From NCBI GenBank assembly GCA_038214755.1, contig JBBQRQ010000001.1, positions 64,001 through 128,000 of the forward strand: 64,000 nucleotides of DNA, read 5' to 3'. Below, one piece after another: positions 1 through 9,261 of this stretch (positions within the stretch are counted from its first letter, which is position 1; the number at the start of each line of letters is the position of its first letter). Below the pieces are notes generated by a model. That model worked only from the letters and a program-made list of their open reading frames with translations, had not been told where the DNA came from and made no database searches. The stretch is from Verrucomicrobiota bacterium. Lineage in GTDB: Bacteria > Verrucomicrobiota > Verrucomicrobiia > Limisphaerales > CANJXF01. The position numbers and the translations under genes were made by a program.

Positions 1-102
1 CAGCCCGACGATTTCTCCTGCGGCGACATTGATCGAAACGCCATCAACCACTCGACGATGTCCATAGGCTTTTACCAATTTTTCAGTGGTCAACAAACTC
101 AT
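1..102 (-). CDS. lptB: LPS export ABC transporter ATP-binding protein, 5' end (runs off the window)
   Basis: Reverse strand reads MSLLTTEKLVKAYGHRRVVDGVSINVAAGEIVGL; lies downstream of the LptA-like gene and kdsA. Confidence 0.85.
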   Translation of the reverse strand, partial: MSLLTTEKLVKAYGHRRVVDGVSINVAAGEIVGL

Positions 103-143
103 GGTTTCAAGAGTGCTTTCGTTCCGGATTTTGCGCCAGAGCC

Positions 144-255
144 GTAGCGCAGGTTTTTAACCTGCTGTATCGCAGGTTTGCAACCTGCTGGCCATCTCCC
201 TTCAGCGCATACCGATTGCAAATCGGCGATACAGCAGCTTACAAAGCTGCGCTAC
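144..255. repeat. REP-like inverted doublet, family A (GTAGCGCAG...CTGCGCTAC)
   Basis: Terminal inverted arms with internal hairpins; near-identical copy at 17948-18062. Confidence 0.9.
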
Positions 256-2312
256 GGCTTTTGCCATTCCGGCCTGATTGCGTTCGCCGAGTTGAGCGGA
301 GTCACTTTGTAGGGACGCGCGCTCATTTTTCCCGTTTTCAAATCCCAACGCAAAGTCGTGGCATCGCTAATCAAAAGCGTGTCCGTGGCCGCTGAAGGTT
401 GGCCGGTTAATTCCGCGAGGTCCCCGGCTGAATCATAAACGGCCCGTTCTCCATTGGCGCGAATCTGCTTTCTGCCGGAACCGATCTGCTCAATTTTTTC
501 CAGCAAAACATTTTGCTCGGCCACGATGCTTTCAATCTGATTGGTCGTCGGCAAAAATTTTATATCGACTCGTTCCGCGGAAATGCGTTTGACCGTTATG
601 CTCGGACTCAACTGGCCTTCTCCGTAGCCGCCGACGTGAGGAGGCGGATTGGCGCGCCCATGTCGGGAGTCCGCCTCCTCACGTCGGCGGCTACGATTGT
701 CTGTGCCAGTGCGTTCCGTCTGTTCGCCCACCACTTTGGTTCGGGCATGAATGCTTTCGAACAAACCCGTGCTGGGAGATCGGTTGAGTTGGACCGATTG
801 GCCAGTGATGGTTCTCTCCAGAATTTTTGAAAGAGCAGCCGCGCCGACAATCTGTTGGAGAAAAACATTTTGCTTCGCGACAACAACTTCCACCTGGTTG
901 CTCGCGCCGAATGAGACTGCCAAAAAATGGCAGCGCAAAAGCGTTTGTGAAAGATTCGTGTCCACCGTTTTCGCGCGGACATGTTCCCGGAACGTCGCAA
1001 GATTCGTGCGATAGGAAAAATCATCTGACCAAATTTCGACGATTTGCGCCGCCCTTGAATTTGTGGAACTACCGGCTGCAAAAGTTTTGCCGAACATCGC
1101 CGCGGGCAGTTTCAAGTACACATTCGTTCGCGCCCCAAAAAAATGATTCGTCCGGCCAAAGACCAGAACCTCGCCGGTGATTGCGCTCTCTTTCATTTTC
1201 CAATTCGGATTTCCGGTCAACTCCATCAGCCCCGTCGCTTCGCGGTAGATGGCGCGTTCGGCAGTGGCGCGGCTCTGATCGCTCTCGCTCGTGATCACCA
1301 CATTGGTTTCGGCAAGCATTTCCTGAATTGGCCCGTTGGTCGGCATTTTAAAAGTCATCACGTCCGAGGAAACGATGACCCGGCTTTGCGCTGCCGCATT
1401 TGTCGTTGTGGAAACTGCGCTCAGATTCAGCGCATCCAGTTGAATGAGTTTGTGACGGGGAACTTTGAAAACGACATTTTGTTCGGCGCGAAATAAATTG
1501 TTCGCGCGATCAAAAATAAATTTGTCTGCTTGGCCTTCGCGCTCGCCGTCCGACCAAAACGGATGGCCGGTGAGTTCGACCATCTCCCGATTATTCTCCA
1601 AGGTGTAAGTCGCGTGATCACCCGTGGCGCGGCTGTTATCTTTTTTGTTAACGATGACGACGCGATTTTCCGCGATGATCTGCTGAATGGTTTTGTTGGT
1701 GGTAAGAACGATGTTCAATGAATCGCAAGTCAGTTCCATTTGCGGATCGTCCACGCGAACGTTTCCCGTGTAGGTGACGAGGTTCGATTCCAGGAGAAAC
1801 CGAAAATGATCGGAAAAAATCAGGAGTTGATTGGTGGAAGTTTTGCCGGACGCAGGAAAGGAATTTCCGGCTGAGTTCGTGTTAAACAAACTTTTGTTAA
1901 TCCTGGTTTCCACTTTGTTCGAAATGACCAGGAGCGCGTTGCTTTGCTGGCAGAAAAATCCCAGGCCCCGAATGTAAAGATTGGTCGTCACGGTGTAAGC
2001 CTTCATCGGGCCGGGCGACGATGCGACGGAGGTGTTGCGGTCAAACAAACATTCCGGCGCTTCAGCAATCAGCTCGACCTGGTTGGTGTCGCTGTTGCGT
2101 AAAATTTTCATGCGGAAATCAGTCACGAAAACTTGTGAGCCGGTGACTTGTTTGGCGCTTTTACCAGAGAGAATCGCTTTCAGTTTCTCGCCTTCGCGAT
2201 AGACGGCCTGAAAGCCTGTTCCGCTGACACGTTGAGGAGTTTGGGCGCGCAGAAAAATGATTCCGGTCGAAAATAAAATGGCGAGGAGGCCAAACTTTTT
2301 AGCCGTAACCAT
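252..2312 (-). CDS. LptA/OstA-domain LPS transport periplasmic protein with repeated OstA-like domains
   Basis: Signal-like MVTAKKFGLLAILF; repeated 'A.G..AVY....L.ELTG.P' motifs; lies between kdsA and lptB. The frame is open up to an ATG at 2669. Confidence 0.8.
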   Translation of the reverse strand: MVTAKKFGLLAILFSTGIIFLRAQTPQRVSGTGFQAVYREGEKLKAILSGKSAKQVTGSQVFVTDFRMKILRNSDTNQVELIAEAPECLFDRNTSVASSPGPMKAYTVTTNLYIRGLGFFCQQSNALLVISNKVETRINKSLFNTNSAGNSFPASGKTSTNQLLIFSDHFRFLLESNLVTYTGNVRVDDPQMELTCDSLNIVLTTNKTIQQIIAENRVVIVNKKDNSRATGDHATYTLENNREMVELTGHPFWSDGEREGQADKFIFDRANNLFRAEQNVVFKVPRHKLIQLDALNLSAVSTTTNAAAQSRVIVSSDVMTFKMPTNGPIQEMLAETNVVITSESDQSRATAERAIYREATGLMELTGNPNWKMKESAITGEVLVFGRTNHFFGARTNVYLKLPAAMFGKTFAAGSSTNSRAAQIVEIWSDDFSYRTNLATFREHVRAKTVDTNLSQTLLRCHFLAVSFGASNQVEVVVAKQNVFLQQIVGAAALSKILERTITGQSVQLNRSPSTGLFESIHARTKVVGEQTERTGTDNRSRRREEADSRHGRANPPPHVGGYGEGQLSPSITVKRISAERVDIKFLPTTNQIESIVAEQNVLLEKIEQIGSGRKQIRANGERAVYDSAGDLAELTGQPSAATDTLLISDATTLRWDLKTGKMSARPYKVTPLNSANAIRPEWQKP
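624..694. repeat. REP-like doublet, family B (GTAGCCGCCGACGTGAGGAGGCGGA), inside a CDS
   Basis: Perfect inverted arms; same family is intergenic at 10376, 24873, 27187 and 63292. Confidence 0.9.
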
Positions 2313-2332
2313 GCAGTGGAAAAGATTGCCCG

Positions 2333-2493
2333 CCCTCACCCCAGCCCTCTCCCCCGAGGAGAGGGAACCTGAAATCATCGCTCTCGATAACTCACTGAAC
2401 GGTGCACATTTTCCCGCGCTGAAGAACGTTCTCCCTCTCCTCGGAGGAGAGGGCCGGGGTGAGGTCGAGCGTTTCTCTTCACTGAATAGTTCC
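2333..2493. repeat. Palindromic doublet, family F (CCCTCACCCC.GCCCTCTCC...GGAGAGGG)
   Basis: Inverted arms; 2429-2493 is almost identical (reverse complement) to 30411-30477. Confidence 0.85.
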
Positions 2494-2541
2494 GGTTTGG
2501 CGAACGAGAAAAACATATCAGATATCGAACGCCAAAGGAGC

Positions 2542-2637
2542 GGAGCGCGGACAGCCTTGTCCGCGCGAACCCGAAATGGTGAAACGCGTGGGGCTTTTGT
2601 TCGTTTTGAAGCGCGCGGACAAGGCTGTCCGCGCTCC
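2542..2637. repeat. GGAG-tagged palindromic doublet (GGAGCGCGGACAGCCTTGTCCGCGCG)
   Basis: Perfect 26-bp inverted arms. Confidence 0.85.
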
Positions 2638-2676
2638 ACTTGAGAAATTGGCGCTTTAAGTTTTTTCATGCCGACT

Positions 2677-3498
2677 TTAAATCCCTACCACGGCCGCGTG
2701 GACTTTGAGCAGGCTCGAAATAATTTTCGGCATTTGCTGCAATGGAATCATGTTCGGTCCATCGCTCAAGCCGCGATCAGGATCAGGATGCGTCTCCATG
2801 AAAATTCCGTTCGCGCCCGCGGCTATCGCTGCTCGCGCCAGCACCGGGGCGAACTCGCGTTGTCCACCGGAACGATCTCCCGCCGCACCCGGCAACTGCA
2901 CGGAATGGGTTGCATCAAAAACAACGGGAAATCCAAAACCGCGCATGATCGGAATGGAGCGCATGTCCGCAACGAGATTGTTGTAACCAAAAGTGGTCCC
3001 GCGTTCGGTCAACAAAATTTTCTTCCCGCCTGCCGCCACCGCTTTTTTGGCGACCTGACCCATTTCCTGCGGTGAAAGAAATTGCCCCTTTTTTAGGTTC
3101 ACAATTTTTCCAGTGCAAACGGCCGCGTTGATCAGATCAGTCTGACGGCAAAGGAAGGCGGGAATTTGCAAAACGTCCACGACCTCGGCGGCGAGCGCGA
3201 CATGTTCTTCGGTGTGAACATCGGTCAGAATGGGCAGGTCAAACTCCGCGCGAATTTTTCGCAGCACGCTCAACCCGGATTTTATTCCCGGTCCGCGAAA
3301 CGATTTGCCAGAGGAGCGATTGGCTTTGTCGAAACTGGCTTTGAAAATAAAAGTGACGCCAAGTTTCGCGCAGGTTTTCCGCATCGCCGCCGCAATTTGG
3401 AAGCAAAGTTTTTCGCTCTCGATCACACACGGCCCGGCAATTAAAAAAAGTTGTCGCGGAGAATTGATTGAGTTCCAGATCGCGGAAGCATTGAGCAC
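2677..3498 (-). CDS. kdsA: KDO-8-phosphate synthase
   Basis: IAGPCVIE, KASFDKANRSS, DATHSVQLPG and SDGPN motifs. Confidence 0.97.
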   Translation of the reverse strand: MLNASAIWNSINSPRQLFLIAGPCVIESEKLCFQIAAAMRKTCAKLGVTFIFKASFDKANRSSGKSFRGPGIKSGLSVLRKIRAEFDLPILTDVHTEEHVALAAEVVDVLQIPAFLCRQTDLINAAVCTGKIVNLKKGQFLSPQEMGQVAKKAVAAGGKKILLTERGTTFGYNNLVADMRSIPIMRGFGFPVVFDATHSVQLPGAAGDRSGGQREFAPVLARAAIAAGANGIFMETHPDPDRGLSDGPNMIPLQQMPKIISSLLKVHAAVVGI

Positions 3499-3586
3499 CG
3501 AAAGGTTTTAGCAGCGCAGAATTGGAAAGTAAATGGCGCGAAGAGTAGGCGATGCCCGAAACCCGCGCGCCGTCGCGAGGGCTGGC

Positions 3587-3749
3587 TAGCATCTGCCTCC
3601 GGCCTGGTCATTACCGACATCTCTGCGTGTGTCTTCAATCCTGTTGGGATTGGGGACGCCCGAGGAATTGTGGGTAATGGCAAGGCCTCCGGCGGGTGCG
3701 AAATGATCTTTTTCGAGAAGAACTCGCACCCGCCGGAGGCAGATGCTAC
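3587..3749. repeat. REP-like doublet, family C (GTAGCATCTGCCTCCGGCGGGTGCG), left arm interrupted
   Basis: Right arm intact at 3724-3749; left arm split by the 3604-3684 insertion. Confidence 0.85.
3604..3684. mobile_element. 81-bp MITE-like element with imperfect terminal inverted repeats and a 9-bp target duplication
   Basis: GCCTCCGGC at 3595-3603 and 3685-3693; ends CTGGTCATTACCGACA and CTTGCCATTACCCACA (reverse complement) match at 13/16. Confidence 0.75.
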
Positions 3750-3849
3750 CCACCGCTTGGTTTGGGTCAGGTCAAAGGTTTCGATTCCTATCTTGAAACT
3801 AGAGACCCGTTCCGTAAAGAGATGAACTTCCAATCCAATCAAACGACGA

Positions 3850-4470
3850 TTATTCCAAAAGCTGAGCGCGACACTGCCGCATTTTTTCTGCCTCAACAAT
3901 CGCTTCCATCCGGCGCAAATCTTCCGCAATCGTCGTGCTGATCAGGAGGTAATCAAAGTTTTTCCACTGCGCAATTTCCTGTCGAGCCACGCTCAAACGT
4001 TTCTGAATATTGGCCGTCGAATCCTGGCCGCGACGTTTGAGCCGCGCTTCCAGTTCAGCGAAAGTCGAGGTGGTCAGGAAGACGGTGACCAATGCCTTTT
4101 TGAGTTCCTCGTCTTCGCCCGCTTTTTCGCGAACGGTCGCCGCGCCTTGCACGTCGATGTTGAGCAAAACATCTTTGCCCTGACGCAATTTGCCGAGCAC
4201 TTCCGATTTCAAGATTCCGTAGCTGCTTCCATAAACGGTCGCGTGCTCCAAAAAGTTTCCAGCCTGAACGCGCCTCAAAAAATTACCCGCATCCAGAAAA
4301 TAATAATCGACTGCATCGACTTCTCCTTCGCGCGCGGGGCGAGTCGTGCAAGTGACGGCGCGAGTCATGTTCGGATGATGCGCCAGCAATTGTTTGCACA
4401 GGGTTGTCTTGCCGCCGCCCGAGGGAGCGGAGACGACGATGAGCAATGGATTTAAATTTTTGTCAGACAT
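3850..4470 (-). CDS. gmk: Guanylate kinase
   Basis: SAPSGGGKTT P-loop, TTRPAREGE and DIDVQG-like motifs; follows yicC. Confidence 0.97.
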   Translation of the reverse strand: MSDKNLNPLLIVVSAPSGGGKTTLCKQLLAHHPNMTRAVTCTTRPAREGEVDAVDYYFLDAGNFLRRVQAGNFLEHATVYGSSYGILKSEVLGKLRQGKDVLLNIDVQGAATVREKAGEDEELKKALVTVFLTTSTFAELEARLKRRGQDSTANIQKRLSVARQEIAQWKNFDYLLISTTIAEDLRRMEAIVEAEKMRQCRAQLLE

Positions 4471-4477
4471 TTTTTTA

Positions 4478-4508
4478 AACTCGGAGTGCGGAACGCGGAA
4501 CGCGGAAT
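4478..4508. repeat. Heptamer tandem repeat (CGCGGAA-type)
   Basis: AACTCGGAGTGCGGAACGCGGAACGCGGAAT; related copy inside the U32 gene at 56602-56635. Confidence 0.7.
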
Positions 4509-4524
4509 TCTGTCTCCTGCTTTT

Positions 4525-5406
4525 TCATTCCACGTTCTGGACTTGTTCGCGAAATCTTTCCAATTCGGCTTTGAGCACGACGACTTCGCGCGAGATCAAC
4601 GAGTTGTTGGCTTTTGATCCAATCGTGTTCACTTCGCGATTCATTTCTTGCGCCAAAAAATCGAGCGTGCGGCCCACCGGCTCAGTTGAGTTCAACGAAT
4701 CATCGAACTGTTGGAAATGACTTTCCAGTCGCGTCAATTCCTCCGAGATGTCCGAGCGATCGGCGAAATAAACCACTTCCTTGATCAGCCGTTCGTCATC
4801 GAGCGCAGGCATTTCGAGGCCGGCATTTTTCACGCGAAGCACCAATTGGTCGCGATAGCGTTTCTGCACTTCCGGGGCGTGTGTTTGAATTTGAGCAAAA
4901 GCTTTGCGGATCGTGTTCATGCGCGCGATCAAATCTTTCGCCAGATGCGCGCCTTCGCGGGAACGCATTTTTAAAAGCGACGCCAGCGCGCCTTGCAGCG
5001 CCTTGTTCACGGCCGGCCAAAAATCTTCCGCGTCGCCGATGTCTTCGTCGGCCTGCAAAACGCCCGGAGAACGAATCAACAAATCCAGAGTCAGCGGCTC
5101 GGAAAGTTTTAGCTCTTTGGAAAGCTTGGAAAATTCTTTCGCGTAATTTTTGGCGAGAGCGACGTTGACGCGAAATTTGCCATCGGAATTATTTTCGGCA
5201 GAGTGCATTGAGACGCGGACACTCAATCTCCCGCGCGAAATGCACTTGTTGATTTCGTCGCGCACCTGCGCCTCCAGCACTTCAAGTTCGCGTGGCAGGT
5301 TGATGGAGATTTCGCTTTGCTTGCGATTGACCGCGCTGAGTTCGACTGTGATTTTGAATCCGCGCAGAGCGCATTCGCCGCGCCCGTAACCGGTCATTGA
5401 CTTCAT
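4525..5406 (-). CDS. yicC: YicC/YloC family endoribonuclease
   Basis: MKSMTGYG start; C-terminal DISEELTRL...LDFLAQEMNREVNTIGSK...EQVQNVE. Confidence 0.95.
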   Translation of the reverse strand: MKSMTGYGRGECALRGFKITVELSAVNRKQSEISINLPRELEVLEAQVRDEINKCISRGRLSVRVSMHSAENNSDGKFRVNVALAKNYAKEFSKLSKELKLSEPLTLDLLIRSPGVLQADEDIGDAEDFWPAVNKALQGALASLLKMRSREGAHLAKDLIARMNTIRKAFAQIQTHAPEVQKRYRDQLVLRVKNAGLEMPALDDERLIKEVVYFADRSDISEELTRLESHFQQFDDSLNSTEPVGRTLDFLAQEMNREVNTIGSKANNSLISREVVVLKAELERFREQVQNVE

Positions 5407-5471
5407 GTGCCCGCGACTATGGGGAAAGTTTGCGCGGCAATCCAATCTTTTTCGAGCGGGTAATGGCGAAG

Positions 5472-5575
5472 GGGCGCATCTCAATTTCTTGCAAAATAAC
5501 GGAACGCCGATCTCCTCATCGACTCGCGGAAAATGTGGACCGTTCCACTGCCGATCAGGAGATCGGCGTTCCGTT
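5472..5575. repeat. Family G half-site plus family D doublet (GGAACGCCGATCTCC...GGAGATCGGCGTTCC)
   Basis: Inverted arms; family D also at 24952-25022 and 61122-61196. Confidence 0.8.
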
Positions 5576-5709
5576 GCCGTTATCGAGTTGAAGCGGAATA
5601 AATTCCGCGCTCCAATCCCTCGACGTTGTTGCCTCAACTGAATCGTTCCCGTTAGCCGCGCTCCCTGATTGCGTCTTGCGTAATTTGTCTGAACTTCTAT
5701 TTTTTATTC

Positions 5710-5964
5710 ATGCCGACATCTTTACAGCAGGCTGATTTGGATGACCTAAGAAAGTCCGTGAAAGAAGAGGTTCAAAAATTAAACGCTCGCATTGAGGAGG
5801 TTGAAAAATCTTTGAAAGATTTTCGCGCTTCCAAAACGCTCGCACAAACCCGGCGGCTGCAAACGGATTCGGGTTGGGTCAAAAAACTTCGCGCGCAATA
5901 CGATGAAGAAGTTTGCCAAAATACCCTCGAAGCGAATCGTCTTTTTCCCGTTGCGGAAGAATGA
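5710..5964 (+). CDS. Putative antitoxin (small helical protein)
   Basis: 84 aa; stop overlaps the downstream toxin ATG (ATGA). Confidence 0.55.
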   Translation: MPTSLQQADLDDLRKSVKEEVQKLNARIEEVEKSLKDFRASKTLAQTRRLQTDSGWVKKLRAQYDEEVCQNTLEANRLFPVAEE

Positions 5965-6248
5965 AATTGCCCTTGTATTCTTCGCGAGCGACGGGCTTAA
6001 CGCCAAACCTTGTCGGAATTCAACATCCTGTTTTAGACATGTTGCCAACCGTTTTGGTCTGTCCGATTAAAGAGGCGGAAACAGTGACGAATGTGAGGAC
6101 CATTATAGATTGGCAGGGCGTCCGATATACCGTGCTGTGCGACCTCGCTCGTCCCGTTAATCGTAAAGCGCTTCGTCAAGTGGGCCAACTGGATCTGGTC
6201 GCGTCGGAAAAAATAATCGAAACCTTCGTGAGGTTAATCGCATTGTGA
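5961..6248 (+). CDS. CcdB/PemK-like toxin
   Basis: MKLPLY...LVGIQHPVLDMLPTVLVCPI...YTVLCDLARPVNRKALRQVGQL resembles the CcdB/MazF pattern. Confidence 0.6.
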   Translation: MKLPLYSSRATGLTPNLVGIQHPVLDMLPTVLVCPIKEAETVTNVRTIIDWQGVRYTVLCDLARPVNRKALRQVGQLDLVASEKIIETFVRLIAL

Positions 6249-7648
6249 GGATTAGATCCGGAATTTTCCGCTCAACAACTTTCGCAGCCACTCTTTTGTT
6301 GGCAGGGGCGGTAGCGGCTTTCCTGGCGTATCGAAACTCTGAGCCTCCTGTTCAGCCCAAGGCCTACGTGATTGGTGAGACCGCCAGAGAAGAAATTGTC
6401 GCGCCAAAGAAATTTACGGTCGTCGATACTTCAGAAACGCAACAACGCCGCCAAACCGAAATGGCCAGAGTCCCGGCGGTGTTTCGTTTTCAAAAAAATA
6501 TTTCGGACGAAGCTGTCGGGAAATTCAGCACGGAATTTGTTTTCGCGCGGGAAAAATTCTTGAGCGAGATCGAGGCAAAATTCAAGACGCACACCCTGAC
6601 GACAAACCAGATCGAGACACCGCGTTTTCGCCGCCTGTTCACTGCGTTCAAAGAGGAAAATAAATTTTTCCCGGTGAACATCGCCGAGGCAAAAAAATGG
6701 GCGCAAGGCGACACCGAAGACGATTTGCAAAAACAACTCGGAGCCACCCTGCGTCAAGCTGCCGGGAGATTTATTCGCGCCGACGCCTGGCCGCCCATCG
6801 GGCAAACTTTTCAAATCAGAATCTTGAGTGACAACGCCGCCCGGCCGGAAATGCCCTTGGATCAACTTCGGCAGCAGAGCAAAATTTTGCGCCGGACAAA
6901 TCTGGTGGCGTTGACCAAAGCCCGAAACGAGTTGCTCAACAGTTTTCCCAAAAACGACCGCGCCTTCGCCAAAGTCCTGACCAACTTCGTTTCGGTGAAT
7001 TGCTTTTTTGAAGAAGAGTTGACGCGCCGAATTCGCGCGGAAAAAGAAAACTCAATCTGGGTCGTAAGTTCTTACGAGCCGGGGCAGGTGATCGTTCGTC
7101 CCGGTGAATTGATTGACGCAAAAATCAAGGCCGCTTTGGACGCGATAAAAATCCAATCGCCGCCGACGAGCGCGAAAATCAATTCGGCAAAAAAGATTTG
7201 GCTGTGGAGCGCGGCTGGATTTTGCGGAGCACTGGCTTTGATCATTTGGCTGCGGGGTTTTGCCGCTCGCTCTCGCACCAGTTTGGTTGTCGCGCGAAAC
7301 GTCGTCGCTTTGCCGCGATTGGAAAACGAAATTCTCGAAACAAAATTACTCCCGCATCTGGCGCGACAGTTGATGAATAAATTCGTCCGCCGATTGATTT
7401 CCCAACGCGCGGATTTGATGGAGACGCAATCGAGCGGGGCGGATCAATTGAATGAACTCGAAGGACGACTCGATCAAATCGACACTCGTTGGCAAATGCG
7501 CCAGATCGCCTACGAAACCCGCATCGCCCAACTGGAACGCGATCTGGCGCTGGCCGAGGAAGAGAACCGCGAATTGATCCGCGCCAAAATTCGCGAGGCG
7601 CGCCAAAATCTGGAGTGGGCCAAAGCGCAGGGGAACGGTGCGCGCTGA
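6245..7648 (+). CDS. Membrane protein with a 7TMR-HD-extracellular-like domain, a second TM helix and a C-terminal coiled coil (no HD domain)
   Basis: IGETAREEIVAPKKFTVVD..ET..RR...VPAVF and GQVIVRPGELID motifs; hydrophobic segments near the N-terminus and around aa 320. Confidence 0.6.
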   Translation: MRIRSGIFRSTTFAATLLLAGAVAAFLAYRNSEPPVQPKAYVIGETAREEIVAPKKFTVVDTSETQQRRQTEMARVPAVFRFQKNISDEAVGKFSTEFVFAREKFLSEIEAKFKTHTLTTNQIETPRFRRLFTAFKEENKFFPVNIAEAKKWAQGDTEDDLQKQLGATLRQAAGRFIRADAWPPIGQTFQIRILSDNAARPEMPLDQLRQQSKILRRTNLVALTKARNELLNSFPKNDRAFAKVLTNFVSVNCFFEEELTRRIRAEKENSIWVVSSYEPGQVIVRPGELIDAKIKAALDAIKIQSPPTSAKINSAKKIWLWSAAGFCGALALIIWLRGFAARSRTSLVVARNVVALPRLENEILETKLLPHLARQLMNKFVRRLISQRADLMETQSSGADQLNELEGRLDQIDTRWQMRQIAYETRIAQLERDLALAEEENRELIRAKIREARQNLEWAKAQGNGAR

Positions 7649-8662
7649 TCACGCCGCTTTTTTTGGATGGGTGCGCAAGGCTTGCTCGTAACATTCCATC
7701 GCCTCGGTGAAACGTTGCAGCCGATTCAGCACGCCGCCTTTGTAGAGGTAAGCCACCGTGAGCGAAGGATCGGCGGCGAGGGCGCGGTCGTAAGTTTCTA
7801 TAGCCTCGGCGAATTTGCGCAACCCTTCGAGAGCGGTGCCTTTTTTGATCAACGCCTCGGTGTTCTCGGGATCAATTTCGAGGGCGCTTTCAAAATAACC
7901 CAAAGCCTTTTCTGAATCACCGCTGCTCAATAAAGAATGTCCCTTCACGAGCAAAGAATTGAACTCCGACGAACTCTCTGGATTGAATTTTTGTGTGGCC
8001 AAATCTTTTAGCTCACGATGCGATTTCGGCTCGAAGGCTTTTTGTGTCTGAGAATTGGCGGCGACAGAGTCGAGTTGATGAATTTTTTTTTCCAATTGCT
8101 CGATAGCGTAAAGGAATCGCGCCGTCACCTGCTCGGTGGAATTGAGCCGGGCGGGAGCGTCAAGCGCACCGCCGCCCAAAAATCGCGCGGCGTCCGGTGG
8201 AGCGCTCATCGGGAAAAATGGCGCGGTGGCGGCGAGACGATTCAGGGCGCGGATTTGAAAATAAACGGTTAAAAAAAGCGCGAGCATCCCGATTCCCGCC
8301 AGCAGAACGGCGGCGACGAGCACCAATTGATTGGATTGCCGCATGGAGAGAATGGATTGCAAATCCCGTTCGCGTTGCACGGTGAGATTTTTTTCCACGG
8401 AATTGAGGCGCTCGGTAAAAAGATCGGCATGGTATTTCGCGGCGGCCTCCGCATCCTGCCGCCCCTGTTCGATGGCGCGAAGAGCGTTGCGCAATTGTTC
8501 TTGCAGTTGAAGATTGGAGCGCAACAAATCCTGCGTCTCGCTCCGATAATTGGCGGAAGAATTTGGTTCGTCCAATGCGGCTGGCTCAGCGGAAAAACTT
8601 CGATTCAGGAAAGAACAGCCGACCAAAAAAACGACAAAAATGGCGGGCACGGATTTTTTCAT
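7649..8662 (-). CDS. Tetratricopeptide repeat membrane protein
   Basis: Signal peptide, coiled coil, TM helix and three C-terminal TPRs. Confidence 0.85.
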   Translation of the reverse strand: MKKSVPAIFVVFLVGCSFLNRSFSAEPAALDEPNSSANYRSETQDLLRSNLQLQEQLRNALRAIEQGRQDAEAAAKYHADLFTERLNSVEKNLTVQRERDLQSILSMRQSNQLVLVAAVLLAGIGMLALFLTVYFQIRALNRLAATAPFFPMSAPPDAARFLGGGALDAPARLNSTEQVTARFLYAIEQLEKKIHQLDSVAANSQTQKAFEPKSHRELKDLATQKFNPESSSEFNSLLVKGHSLLSSGDSEKALGYFESALEIDPENTEALIKKGTALEGLRKFAEAIETYDRALAADPSLTVAYLYKGGVLNRLQRFTEAMECYEQALRTHPKKAA

Positions 8663-8686
8663 GACGAGGACAGCGCGCAAAAAAAT

Positions 8687-8947
8687 TCAAGGTTGATTTC
8701 GTTTTAGCCCCAGCGAATCCGCGATTTCATCAAACTCTTCGACATCGACCTGCTCCAGACGTTTGCCTTTGGCGGCGAGCTTCTCAATTATTTTCAGCGC
8801 CTTCTCCGTCATGACTTCGTGCGTTTCCTGCGAACCGCCAAGCAGCGCAAAATTGGGGCCGGTCGTAATCCGTTTGTGTCCGTCGGAATCCAAACCGATG
8901 CCCAGGAGAATGAGAGATTTTCTTTTTTTTCGGGGCGGGTTCGGCAT
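8687..8947 (-). CDS. Conserved hypothetical protein (PVC-type, GLDxDGHKRITTG motif)
   Basis: 86-aa ORF with a TAGTTT -10-like box 6 nt before the ATG. Confidence 0.7.
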   Translation of the reverse strand: MPNPPRKKRKSLILLGIGLDSDGHKRITTGPNFALLGGSQETHEVMTEKALKIIEKLAAKGKRLEQVDVEEFDEIADSLGLKRNQP

Positions 8948-9083
8948 GGCAGAAAACTATCGCCGACAATTTCTCTTTCAAACTTTAATTTCTGCGGGGG
9001 GGGGGAAGTCCTTAAGGAACGCCCTGAGTGGGAGCGCATCTGGCGGGGTGTTTGCTGAACTAGAGATGAAATAGAAGATACTC

Positions 9084-9206
9084 CGGAGCGCGGCTGTGTC
9101 GTCCTCGACCAGCCGCAGGATGTCGCCAGGATAAATCCAATTTATTCCGACGGCCATTTCAGGCGAGGTTGCTGCGGCTGGTCGAGGACGACACAGCCGC
9201 GCTCCG
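9084..9206. repeat. GGAG-tagged doublet (GGAGCGCGGCTGTGTCGTCCTCGACCAGCCGCAG)
   Basis: Perfect ~35-bp inverted arms. Confidence 0.85.
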
Positions 9207-9261
9207 TTTCGAGCCACCGTCCTGGAGCCACACGCGCCCAGGATTCCTCTGAGTCATCTCA

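Noticed and set aside
5407..5637. N-terminal extension of yicC
   Set aside because: Repeat-derived; the canonical MKSMTGYG start is at 5406.
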